Assembly (NCBI GenBank): GCA_001643675.2
Contig: LSRY02000009.1
Location: 372,001-436,000 of the forward strand
Direction of reading: 5' to 3'
Length of the DNA stretch: 64,000 bases
Source of the DNA: Monocercomonoides exilis PA203
Taxonomy: Eukaryota > Protista > Preaxostyla
Below, piece by piece: positions 25,109-36,600 of this stretch. Below the pieces are notes generated by a model. The model searched no databases. It saw nothing but the letters and a program-made list of their open reading frames with translations, and was not told where the DNA came from. Position numbers and translations under genes: made by a program. The stretch's first letter is position 1; each line of letters opens with the position of its first letter.

Positions 25109-25374
25109 GGGGAAAAATACGGACTTTCAAGCTTTTTATGCACAAAGCATGAAAAAATTGCTTCGCTCATAACTTTGTTTCGCTTTCTCTGATTTTCAAA
25201 TAATTGGATTTGCATATCAGGGATCAGATATCATTGATTTCACAACATAAAGTTTAGTGACATTTCACGAATGTCGAAAAATGGAATCATTTTTATTGTG
25301 TTTTTTATAAAAAAGAATATATTAAAAGTGCATTATTTTTTATTGAAAATGCTTGAAAAGAAATATTTTTCCCC
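25109..25374 (+). mobile_element. MITE family I copy (266 bp; AAGT TSD)
   Basis: AAGT|GGGGAAAAATACGGACTTTCAAGC...AAATATTTTTCCCC|AAGT. Confidence 0.8.
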
Positions 25375-27289
25375 AAGTGTAAAAAAAAACAAGTTGAGAA
25401 TGTTTAAACAAGTTCAGCTTATAGAAAAGAAACGATGTATTTTGATATGAAAGTTTATAACTTCTTATAAAAAACATTCACTTGAAAAGCAGCAAGTCAA
25501 TGATCAAAACATAAAATTATTATAATCCTCAATCTTTTAGAAAAACAAGAAATATTGGAAAAAAAATTCAGAATAAGGAAATTAAAACATTTCAAACATT
25601 TCTAATTATTTTTTATTTCTCACAAGCTTGTGTATCGCTGAAAGCATAACAAAAAAGAAAAAGGTCTTGATAAAGAAAAAAGGTCAAGATAAAATCAGAG
25701 CCCTAGTTGTTCTCAACTTTGTTTTAGTAATTAATTTCGAATCTTTTCCTGTTTGTTTCTAAAGGAACACAAATCAAACTCCCACAAAATCCCTTCATTT
25801 TGTTTGGATGATGCTTCTCTTATCATCCTCTCTTGAAATTATCCTATGAAGACAAATGCAAGAATTTTCTAATATTAGGGTGAAAATTTTTGAAAAATCA
25901 CTTTTTTTTAGCCTGATCAAACCCACAATATATTAAATTTTGTTTTTCGTTTTCCGTAATTATTTCTAAAAAGTAATATTCGCTTGTTTTTTCTTTTTAT
26001 TAGCATTGAAAGTTTTTAATTTTTCAAATTTCATTATGAAAATCAAATATATTTTATTATAATTGAAGCTTTTTAAATATTTTCTTGTTATTTAACAAGA
26101 ACTCGCACAATTTGAATTTTTCCTTTTTTATTTCGCAATACAATGAACTTATTTTATTTTTTATTCAACTTGTCACAATTAATGCAAAGATAAATCAGTT
26201 ATGAATATGAATATATTTTATGTTAGTATCAAATCTGTTGATTTTGTGTTTTTTGATCTTGCAGGTTTTGAAACTATGAAACTTTCAATGCTTTTATAAA
26301 TGAATGGAAATAATTAATTATGAACTTTTTTGCGTTTAAAACTGGAGAACAATTGATCATAGTAGAATATTATAGCGAAAATGTTAATTGTTTATGATCA
26401 ATAAGTTGTGTTAGTTTTTTTCTTTTAGGAAATAAACAAAAAAGAAAAAGAAAAGGATTTCTGAACATATTTTTCGAACTATCATCATATGAAAATGTCG
26501 GCTGCTTATTTTATTTTAACTTTCTTCATCACATATAAACTTATTCAAAGAAGAAAGAATGTTCCATCTTTTTCAGAAGTTCGAAAACATCGAGCGCTTC
26601 TTGCATTTAAAAAGTTCAAGTTGAAATGTAGACGCTGTGTTTGTGAAGCAGATCGAGCTGCTGGAAGGCAAGAGAATATATTTCACAAAGAGTCTTGTAA
26701 CCATAGTAGTGCGGCATTCTTCTCTTCTTTAAGCGCCTTTGGTATTCTTCGTATGCTTCACAATATAGAAAGCAGAGAAGCAAAGGGAAGAAGGCAGCAG
26801 AGGAGGAAGAGAAGGAGAACAAGAAGGAGCAGCACGAGGAGGTGAAGCATGAGATGAAGAAGAGGCATTAGGAGATCTCTATGTTGATGCAAAAATATTC
26901 GACAACGGGCGGATGTTGAAGTGGACGAGATGGCTTGCTGAGAACCTGCTGGAAAATTACAAGATAATTCGGATGAACCAGAGGAACATTCTGGAGCTGA
27001 GAACTACATACAATGCAGCAGCTTTAACGCTGCTGGAGCAATTTATCGAGATGATGGAGAAGAAGGAGCTGATCAATGCAGAGATTTAGAAGGAATAGAA
27101 GTTTCAGAAACAGCATAGTGAAGTGGTGAGTGGGAGCTGAGGAGGGTCGCAGGCCATTTTGGTGTTTCCGTTTGCCACACTTTCTTTGTTGGCCTCAGCA
27201 TAGGATTGAATCATTCTTTCTTTGACTTTGTTGATTCTGCAGTTGAGGCTGTGTGAAAAGTGCTAGGAGAAGATTGCAGCGATTATTAA

Positions 27290-28660
27290 AAATGGAAATG
27301 CTGTGGGATTTGGGCCAGATCTGAATGGGAAGGGGGTTGTTGCAAAAGTGTGGAGCGGGGTGAGTGTTGCGAGAAAAATAAACAGCGTTGGCGGAGGAGG
27401 TGGTGGAAGAGTATATGCAACGGTTCAGCAGAAGATAAACAAGATGGAGAAGGAAAATAAAGATGCTGATGGAGCTGTTGAAAGTGCACTTGCTAACGAT
27501 CTGAGAGCAGAAGGCGCTGTTCAAGGAGGTGATTGAGAAGCGGCACACAGCGCTTGCGCAAAAGAAGCAGGATTGAAAGAAAATGAAGGAGTCGTATGAA
27601 GAAACATTGCAGCGACTGCGTAGGCATACGAAGGATAAATGAAGCAGAGGAGAAAGGTGCAGATGCACCTTCTTTGCTGGAAGTTTCGACTGCAACGAAG
27701 TGGCTGATGAGCACAGTGTTTGGGTAGCAAGAAAAGATGGAGTATAAAAAGGCGCGTATGCTTCAGAAACCGCTCACTTTGTTGTCGTCTGTGCAGATGC
27801 AGCTGGTGCCGATGCCGCTGAAGACAGGGCTGCAGCCATTGCAGGTGTGGATGCTGTCGACGATCTGGTGGATATATGGAGATAATAATGCAGTAGACCT
27901 GGGTAGGGAAATCGTTGGGTGGGAGGTGGAAACGCTTCCGAGATAGGGGTTTGGGGATTTTGTGTGTATATGACCGTGGGAGAAGAAGGCGGTTCAGAAG
28001 AAAAGCGACGTAGTGCAGTGAGAGTTTATTCGTAGTGGAACGGTTGCAAGAACTTTGCAGAAATGAGACTGTTTGGGAAGTCTATGCGAAAGAAGTTCTA
28101 TTCTGAAAAACTGTTGTTCCTTCTGTACTTATACGCATTACTTGAAGGAAATACAGAGAAGAAGATCAAGATGTTTTTTTTCGGAGTTTGTGAATCTGCA
28201 GTCGGAGAAGAGGGAGATAGACTTGTTTGTGTTTCTGCGACTTCTGCTGAACTTCTATAGGGAAGAAGCAGCAACGCGGAAGGAGGTGATAAAAGCTCTG
28301 TATGATGTTATATTTTGTTGCGATAAATCGATTTCTTCGAATTCTTCATCAGGGGCATCTTGCAAAGGAGTCTCGCAAGATGAAATGGAATCTCTTCCGT
28401 GTGTGCCATCCAAATACGCTTCATGCATTGCGGTAGTGGATCTTCTTGGTTGCATTTTGATTGTCTGGGTGCTGTTTTCCATGATATGCGTCTGGGCCGG
28501 AGGTGCGCCAGCACTACAACTTCTTCACTGTGTAATTGCGGTTGCAGAATATGTGCGATGCAGTAAACAGTGCATCTCCTATATTTTGGTCAGAGAACAG
28601 TGCGATTGTGAAAACGGCTTGCTAGTTCTCGACGACCTGGTGATGGTGCTTTCGGTGGTA
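27290..28660 (+). pseudogene. Decayed coiled-coil/helical protein fragment
   Basis: GC-richer coding-like sequence broken by many stops and frameshifts (ORF pieces 27303-27536, 27737-27946, 28073-28663). Confidence 0.35.
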
Positions 28661-28999
28661 TAAGCTGGGGGAGTACTGAAACTGCGAGCGGAGGCTGTGC
28701 AGCTGGAAGTGTGGTGGAAAGAACGGCGGTGGACGTTGTTCCGGATGGTGCGACTGTTGTTGGAGCTTGAAGGGATGGAGGAGAAAGAAGAGGCAGAGGA
28801 AAAAGGAAGAGGGAGAAAGGATGTTGATATGAATGAGGTGAAAAGCGGTTATCCAACACCGCAAAGTGTGTTTTGAGAAAATATTCAAAGAGAACCAGAT
28901 GAAGCTGCAAAAGCAATGGCGCCTCCGGCTGCTGAAGAGCGTGCACTGCAGATGCTGAAGCTTGTGGAGTCGGAGAAATAGATAGAGATTTTTACAATG

Positions 29000-30400
29000 A
29001 ATTGGCTTTCAGAATAGGTGAATTTCTTCATATGAAAGAAAAAGTTTGATGAAATGTTATTCGATTCGTGAAGATAACAGTGTTAAGAAAATGTGAAAGG
29101 AATGTAAATGAGAAGAAGAAGTAGACGTTAAAAGTCAGATGGGGAATTCATGCCTTTTGGAGCAGGAATAAGCGCAGAGGTGATCGTCAACAATGAAGCG
29201 ATTGGAGAGATTGCGACATTGGAAAGAGATGATTGAAATGATTTCAATTTCACTTTGGATGCTGTGGTTGAGTTGGAGTCGCTGCGAATGTGAACAATGC
29301 ATCTTTCTATTAACTCAATGGAACTTTTGTTTACGTTCACAATGCTGTATCTTTCTCAGATTTACATCGAGATAGTATCTGATAACTATCTCCTTCCGTG
29401 CAACGACGGCATTGCAACTTTGCATATGCGCACTTCCTCGTCTTATTCTGATCCTTTTGAATCTGTTCGGCTTCTGGCTTCTTTGAGTGGAAAGTGTTGA
29501 TCTTCCTCGATTCCTCAACCAATATCTACTGTTGCAGAGCATCGTCTCATTTATCATCTGCTTCGACTGTGGATTCTGCGCATTTGTCGATTTCTTTCTT
29601 CATCAATTGTCTTTAAAATGACGAGTTATTGTCCTTTTAAATTTTTTACATATCCATTCAGAAAGTGGAAAAGAATTTTCTTGTGTGACATTTATGAAAA
29701 TAACGAAGTTTCAGAGATAGCCTTAACTCTTTTCACACTTTCCACCTGAAATATCTCGTTGTGAATATCAGCTCTGCGAAAAATGCTGTTTCCGATAATT
29801 GTCAATTTTCAGCAAAAATGTTCAGTTTGTTTATATTCATCTCTCCTATTCCGATCACCTCAAATAGCTTTGAATCTCGCTTATTTGCTTTCGTAAAGTG
29901 ATGACCAAGAAAAACGCTATGATTAACAATGTGCTTGTCGAGACAGAAAATAGAGACAACCAAGCTGTCTCCAATTCCGTTTTGACTGTTGTACTCATAT
30001 AGTTTTGGCCGTGCATTGAAAAGGAATTTATTCCACAGTCCACATTTTTGGTTTTGATTATCGTACCACTGAATATCTCGATATCAGTTACAAATTCTGG
30101 AATCATTTGAACAAAAAAACGTCTGAAGGCGTAACATGGATAGCTTTCGTTTTTTCCACACACATATGTATCAATGACACTCCGCTTTGTTTCAATCGAA
30201 GAAGCAAATCTCACTCTTCCAAAATCGTTACGAAGCCATTCACTTTGATCAACAATTTTCGTATAATTTGTGCTGACTCTGTCTTTTGTTTGTCTGGTTA
30301 AATAGAAGCTTGGATCAAAGTTGTTTTCTGAAGAATTGTAAAGATAAATATCCTGTCTGTTTTGTAATATGTACTATTGTGAAAAAAGCAGTTATAAAAC
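29000..30400 (-). pseudogene. Decayed fragment of a surface-protein-like gene
   Basis: ORF 29855-30214 contains a D-x3-CG-x5-PC motif followed by S/T-rich beta-type sequence. The flanking frames are broken. Confidence 0.35.
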
Positions 30401-31663
30401 AATGTTCCACTATTATTTGAATTTATATATATTGGAAAACTGAGCCGCTTCCACGCATTGAATTACAATAATAAAATAAACAATTTGAAATCACTATTTT
30501 GTCCACGGGTTCCCAAAGAATAATTGCTTCCAGCACCATAAGAAGAACTTCTTCATCTACAGTTATCGAAAAACGAATTAACTCTGCATTCTTTCTGCCT
30601 ATAACTTAAGGATGTTCAAAGGATAATTGCTTCATTGATGTTCTGGAGATTGCTTAAGAATTTAATGATGCTTCTTTTGTCATTCGGTTGAATGAACAAA
30701 CACAATATTAATTTGATCAAAAAATGTAATAAAAACTGGATGTTTCAAGAAATTTGATATGATGTCCTAAATGAGTTCATACAATAATATTCATCTTGAA
30801 TAAATATATTTTTCTTAAGGAAGTTTGAAAGTGAAGAATCAAACAAATTTATAATGGATCGATTTTTTGATCTGAGGTGATTTTTCAAAAATTTTCTCCC
30901 ATTTGGTTGGTTTTTTGGGGTTTTGAGAATGATATTGATGGAAATATGTACCAAAATCAATGTGCAGTAATCATTATTATTTAATTGCCACGTGAAATAA
31001 TTCTTTTAATTCAGAAACGTGATTTCTGTTTATTATTATTATGGAAAAATATTGGTCTAATTTTTTGATTCAAAAATTTGAAAAAAAAATGATTTATCTG
31101 TAAAACAAACGGAAAAAAAATATTTTTTGTCAAAAAAGAAAAACGAACTTATTTCTATTCATTTATTCGGCATGACCTTCGATCATGGCATCTTACTGAT
31201 AAACCCCAAAACTTATTCAAAAATAATCTAATTTGGCCTTTTATTTTTCTAATATCTCTTTATTACTGTTTAAACTGTAATTGATTTTGAAGGAACAAAT
31301 CCATCATATGTTCTCACAAAAATTTAAAACGGTGGAGAATGCAGTTTTTAAAGGTTATAATAAAATTGCATTGTTTCTGAAACTAATAAATGATAATTTG
31401 CAATCAGGAAACAAATTTATTTGATTTAAAAGGCCTGGAACGTCTGTCATTGTGTTTTCATCAACATCAAAAAATATCATTTTTATTTTCTCATTTTTAA
31501 TAGGACAAAAGTAAAATTTAAGAAATCTTTAAATAAATGAATGAGGATCGTGGATGTGCTTCAGACCCTAAAGTATTTTAAATGTTGAAATTCATGCAAT
31601 TCATTTTTTCTTATTTCAACATTCTCATTTCATTATCTGCACAAAAAAAAAAAAAAAATAAAT

Positions 31664-32178
31664 GGGTGAAAATTCGGACTTTCAAGCTTTTTATGCTTTG
31701 TGCATAAAAAGCTTGTTTCACTTATAACATTATTAAACTTAAGTCAGATTACAAAATAAATATGATTTTTATATCCGGTATCATGCATCATTGATGAAAT
31801 GACAAAATGGTTTGTGACCTCACATGTTTTTCAAAAAATATATGGGTGATTCTTTTTGAAAAGTCACAAATGTTTAATTTTCAAATATATCAAAAATTTC
31901 ATATCTTGATCAAATTTCGGTTCCCGCTCATGCAATTTCACAGGAATGTGTTAAATAGCATTATCAAATTATGTCCTCCGCTTTGGTAAAGTTACATGAG
32001 CGGGAACCGAAATTTGATCAAGATATGATATTTTTGATTTATTTGTTAATTAAACATTTGTGACTTTTCAAAAAGAATCACCCATATATTTTTTTTTTTC
32101 AAAAATTTTGATCACAAAAAGTTCATCTAAGTTGCATAATATTTCAATGAAAATGCCTGAACTCAAATATTTTGTCCC
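31664..32178 (+). mobile_element. MITE family I copy (AAAT TSD) split by nested MITE H
   Basis: AAAT|GGGTGAAAATTCGGACTTTCAAGC ... AAATATTTTGTCCC|AAAT. The 3' part (32088-32178) aligns with 6810-6897. Confidence 0.75.
31844..32083. mobile_element. MITE family H (240 bp; ~90-bp TIRs; ATAT TSD)
   Basis: ATAT|GGGTGATTCTTTTTGAAAAGTCAC...TTCCCGCTCATG / CATGAGCGGGAA...GTGACTTTTCAAAAAGAATCACCC|ATAT. Confidence 0.85.
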
Positions 32179-32306
32179 AAATTAACAATTTGAAAGATTA
32201 ATATAGGGAATGATCGATCAGATGCCATGATCGGCAGTTATGCCATTTATTCTTTTTATACTTATTTCACCAGTCTATGGATTTTTTTGTTTTTAAAATA
32301 TTATTT

Positions 32307-33306
32307 GGGTGATTTATAAACCCGAACATTTTCATAAACCCGGTTATTTTTTTTGTTCGTTGAAACAGAGTAAATACAACATGAAAATACAAAAAACAAA
32401 CTTTTATATGTTTATTTTACTATTTAATGAAAGTACTAAAATTTTTTTGTTTCAATTTTTGTTTTTGATGAAGATCAAAGGAATTTTTAATTTATTTTTG
32501 ATCATTTGTTTTGTCCGTTTCGGACTATCTTTCTTTTTCTGTCAATTTTTAGGTATAATGTCATTAAATATACATAACGAAGTTTTATTGTTTCAAATAT
32601 TTTTTGTTTTTTCTAATTTTTTCGATTGTTTTTCACATTTCATCGTTTTTGACAAAAAATATGAAAAAATGAAAATTGAGAGTTGTACAATATTTTTTAC
32701 ATATTAAATATGATGTGCATGAAAAGAAAAAGGTTTGCATAAAGCATATACCGGGTTAAAAATTTGTGAAATGTTGTTGTTTTCATTACACTCATCAAAT
32801 ATTGAAAATGATAAAAATACTAATTTTGTTTACAAATAAATTTAAAATGACTAATAATGAAGAATATCAATGCATTGTTAGCTTATTTACATGACATCGT
32901 AATCAGTGATTCTTCAAATCAAATATAAGTTCAGAAAATTTCATTTTTTCACACTTTTTGTCAAAAACGATGAAATGTGAAAAACAATCGAAAAAATTAG
33001 AAAAAACAAAAAATATTTGAAACAATAAAACTTCGTTATGTATATTTAATGACATTATACCTAAAAATTGACAGAAAAAGAAAGATAGTCCGAAACGGAC
33101 AAAACAAATGATCAAAAATAAATTAAAAATTCCTTTGATCTTCATCAAAAACAAAAATTGAAACAAAAAAATTTTAGTACTTTCATTAAATAGTAAAATA
33201 AACATATAAAAGTTTGTTTTTTGTATTTTCATGTTGTATTTACTCTGTTTCAACGAACAAAAAAAATAACCGGGTTTATGAAAATGTTCGGGTTTATAAA
33301 TCACCC
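32307..33306 (-). mobile_element. Foldback element family A, copy 3 (1000 bp; arms homogenised)
   Basis: Same termini as copies 1 and 2, with the core in opposite orientation. Left flank is TT, right flank is TA. Confidence 0.9.
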
Positions 33307-33646
33307 TACAGCTTGTTTTGAATTTTCTTCTCTCCAATAGATCAAGATTATAATTTTGTAAAATGACAAATTTGTTCAACGCCAAGTCGATATTCAATTT
33401 TTTGATGAAATAAAATTATTTTGAATGATATTCTTTCAAACGTTTGAACAAATATAATTTTGTGAAGAAAAAAAACAATTATTTGCATATCACAGTACAA
33501 AAGAAAAGCGTTTGCTTTCATTTTTGATTTTATGAATGTGTGAAGTAATATTTGAAACGTTTTGTTCAAACTTCGTTAAAAAAACATATGAAGCAAACCT
33601 TTTTTCAATTTATCTTACGATAAAGGTTATGGATCAATAGAAAAAC

Positions 33647-36600
33647 ATGAGTTCAACGCCTTCTGCATCACAATTTGTTTATACACCAGAAACCGAAGAG
33701 AATCTGTGTGTTTTGTGTTACACCCCAATTGAGACATATTCAGTTGGTTTGCTATTTGTTGAGATTCAACATAATGCGTCATTTTTTTGACATTTTTCAT
33801 TGTAACTCAATAATGGATGATTGCAAATTATTTCCTGAAAATAAATGTAATTTTTAGGAGCATGCAACCACACTGATTGTTGTGCAGTGTGCACATATCG
33901 ACTGAGGAAGTTTATGAAACAGATAAATTGCCCAACATGTCGAGCCGAATTAAAGGCTGTCGTATTTACGAAAAATAAAGAAAAGCGCTTTGAAGTTTGT
34001 TATTTGTGAATTCATTTTACGGAAATATTTTATTTTTGTTTAAAACAACAGGAATATTCTGTTTCTTCATTTAAACCTGATGCAATTGACAAAGTGACGG
34101 GAATCTTCTATGAAGACACCGATTTGCAAGATCAAATCGATGAATGGAACAGTCCAACTTGTTCGATCTGCAAGGAAGTTTTCCCAACTATTCAATTACT
34201 TCAAGTTCATTTACGAAAAAATCATGGAAAAGAATTTTGGTATTAAAAATATAAATGATTTTTATTCATTTTCTGTTTGCGCATGCATTCTTAATATAAT
34301 AGTTTATTATGCTTAGAAAAAAGGCCGTTGTTTCTTTACGAACAACGATTATATACTCCGTTTGAGCTTCGTCAACACAACGATGGAAAACTGCAAAATG
34401 ATGCATCAGGAAATCATCCAATGTGCAAATTTTGCAACTCTTACTTTTTTGACACAGATGACTTCAGAAAGCACATGATCAGCGAGCACGAAAAGTGCTT
34501 TTTGTGCGAACGCAGAGGGGTATGCACAAACTTTTCATTGTTATTATTATTTTAATAATTAATGCGTATGCATAATAAATTTTCGATTATTGAAAAAATC
34601 AAAAAAAACACTATTTCTGCTTCAACATTTTGATGTTGTTATGATTTTTTGCAATGCTGCAATCATATCAATCAAACAATTAACCAAACAAACAAACATA
34701 TTCAAATATAAATATTCTGAATTCTGTTCTTCTTCTTCTTTAATCTTTACCGTTTTTTTTCCTTCACGATTTCCCTTTTCAACGCCTGCAGCTGCGAGAC
34801 GAGTTCTACATGTCGTACATGCAGCTGCAGATGCATTTCCGGCAGGCGCATCACCTGTGCACCCACCCCGACTGCCTGGCTGAGCGCTACATCGTCTTCG
34901 ACACTGCCCTCGAGCTGGTCTCCCACCGAATGGCACGCCACGGCACAGGCGAAGACGGCAGCAGCGGTGTTGGAGTTGGCGGGATGAGGAAGGGCAGGAG
35001 AGGAGAGGTGGTGATCGATATGGCGCTCCTCAGGGCTGCCGAGATGGAGGAGGAAGAGGAGAGGAGGAGGAAGAGGAGAGAAGGAGGCGAAGGAAGAGGA
35101 GGAGGGCAGAGCGGGCAGCGGGAAATAGAGCCGTCGCTGCTGTCGTCGCTGGAGTCTGATTATTCCGGTGTCGCAGGGAGAGAGGCAAGACAGGGAAACG
35201 AAGGGATTAAGAAGCTGTTCATGGATCCGTCAAAAGTGGATGTGAACTCGTTTCCTTCGCTTTCGACGCTGAACAAGAGAGAAGAGCCAGAGGAAGACGA
35301 GAACTCGTTCTGGGGCAGCAAAGGCGGGGCGAGGAGAGAAGGGCGGGAGAAGAAGAAAGGAGAGAGAAAAACAGGAGCGAGGCTTATACAGCAGGGGCAG
35401 CAAGGGCAGCAGTATTCACAGACAGCGTGGGGCAATGCAGCAGGAACAGCTGCTCTGGGAATGGGGGTGTCGAATATGAGGGCGATGTTGGATGATGAGA
35501 GAATGTTTCCTACACTGGGCGGAGGGAAAGCGAGAGAGAGAGACAGAGAAATGGCTGACTTGATGATGGAGCTTGTGAACAAGAAGGGGAAGAAGAGCAA
35601 AGCAGGAGCAGCAGGAAAGGGGAGCGAAGGGAAGAAGAAGAAAAAGAGTGGCGGGAGAGACGGGAGAAAAGGGAGGGGCAGAGGCTATGACGATGAAGAG
35701 GATGAGGAAGACTTTGAAATCAGCAGTGTCAACCTCGGCAGCAGCAGCAACCGCCGATTGGGTGGGTACTCACTCATGCCGATGATACAAGTGAAGTACG
35801 AGAACAGGAAGGCGCCAATGGCTCTTCTGCAGGCCAGCTCAGCTGCCAACAGCAGCGCCCAGGCGAAGAAGAAGAAGCAGCAGCAGAGGCAGAGGCAGGC
35901 TGAGGAGCAGCACCAGATGATGCTGAATGCAATGCTAGGCCCCTCTCGCTCATTCAAAGGAGACGATTCGCTCTTCCCTTCTCTCCCTGGCACAGCTGAT
36001 GCGCCGCTTCCACCAGTGAACTATCCGTCGCTGGCAGAGGCTGCAAGGGAGCAGAAGACAAAAGGAGGGAAGAAGGGGAAGAAGGGGAAAGGAGGAGCAG
36101 GAGCCAATGAAGGGCAGCAGAATGGAAAGAAGCAGCCACAACAGAATCAAAACCAGAATCAGAAAAAGAAGCAGAATCAGAAGCAGCCGCAGCATCTGAC
36201 ACCATTTGACTTCCCATCGCTGCCACTGGGTGCATCTCAGCACTCACAGGCAGTGAAACAGACATCCAGCCAGTTAAATCAGACAAATCAGTCAATTCAA
36301 TCAAAGAAACAACAACAGCAGCAATCAAAACAAGCTGTTCTGAATCAAAGCTCGAAGAAGAAGCAGCAGCAGACCAAGCAGAATGAAGCTAAGCCCACTG
36401 CACCTCGGTTTGTGGATGCAGGAAGAGCGCCACCTCCTCAGATTCTGCAGAGGATGATGAAGAAAGACGATGCAAACAATGTTAGCAATGCCAGTGTTAA
36501 TGCTAATGGTAGTTTGAGCTCTTCAAAGAGGAGCAGCAGCATCTATGTGGATGAAGAGGAAAGAAAATACTTTGCGCAGAAGGAGTTTGACATGTCATTG

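Larger units (their letters stand above)
24154..25703. mobile_element. Old foldback element family E (TA-flanked) containing two nested family I MITEs; ~1009 bp once they are removed
   Basis: TA|GGGTGTATATTTTATCTTGACC ... GGTCAAGATAAAATCAGAGCCC|TA. The arms are degenerate. Confidence 0.65.
25878..30900. mobile_element. Candidate 5-kb composite/Pack-type element bounded by a 24-bp TIR pair
   Basis: GGGTGAAAATTTTTGAAAAATCAC (25878) versus GTGATTTTTCAAAAATTTTCTCCC (30877-30900): 23/24 inverted match. Flanks are ATTA / ATTT. Confidence 0.45.

Noticed and set aside
24667-25374. A single 700-bp inside-out palindrome
   Set aside because: It resolves into two independent family I MITE insertions, each with its own 4-bp TSD.
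27737-28400. Assigning the decayed plus-strand fragment to a named family (for example TSNAXIP1-like)
   Set aside because: The resemblance is only impressionistic across frameshifts and needs a profile search.
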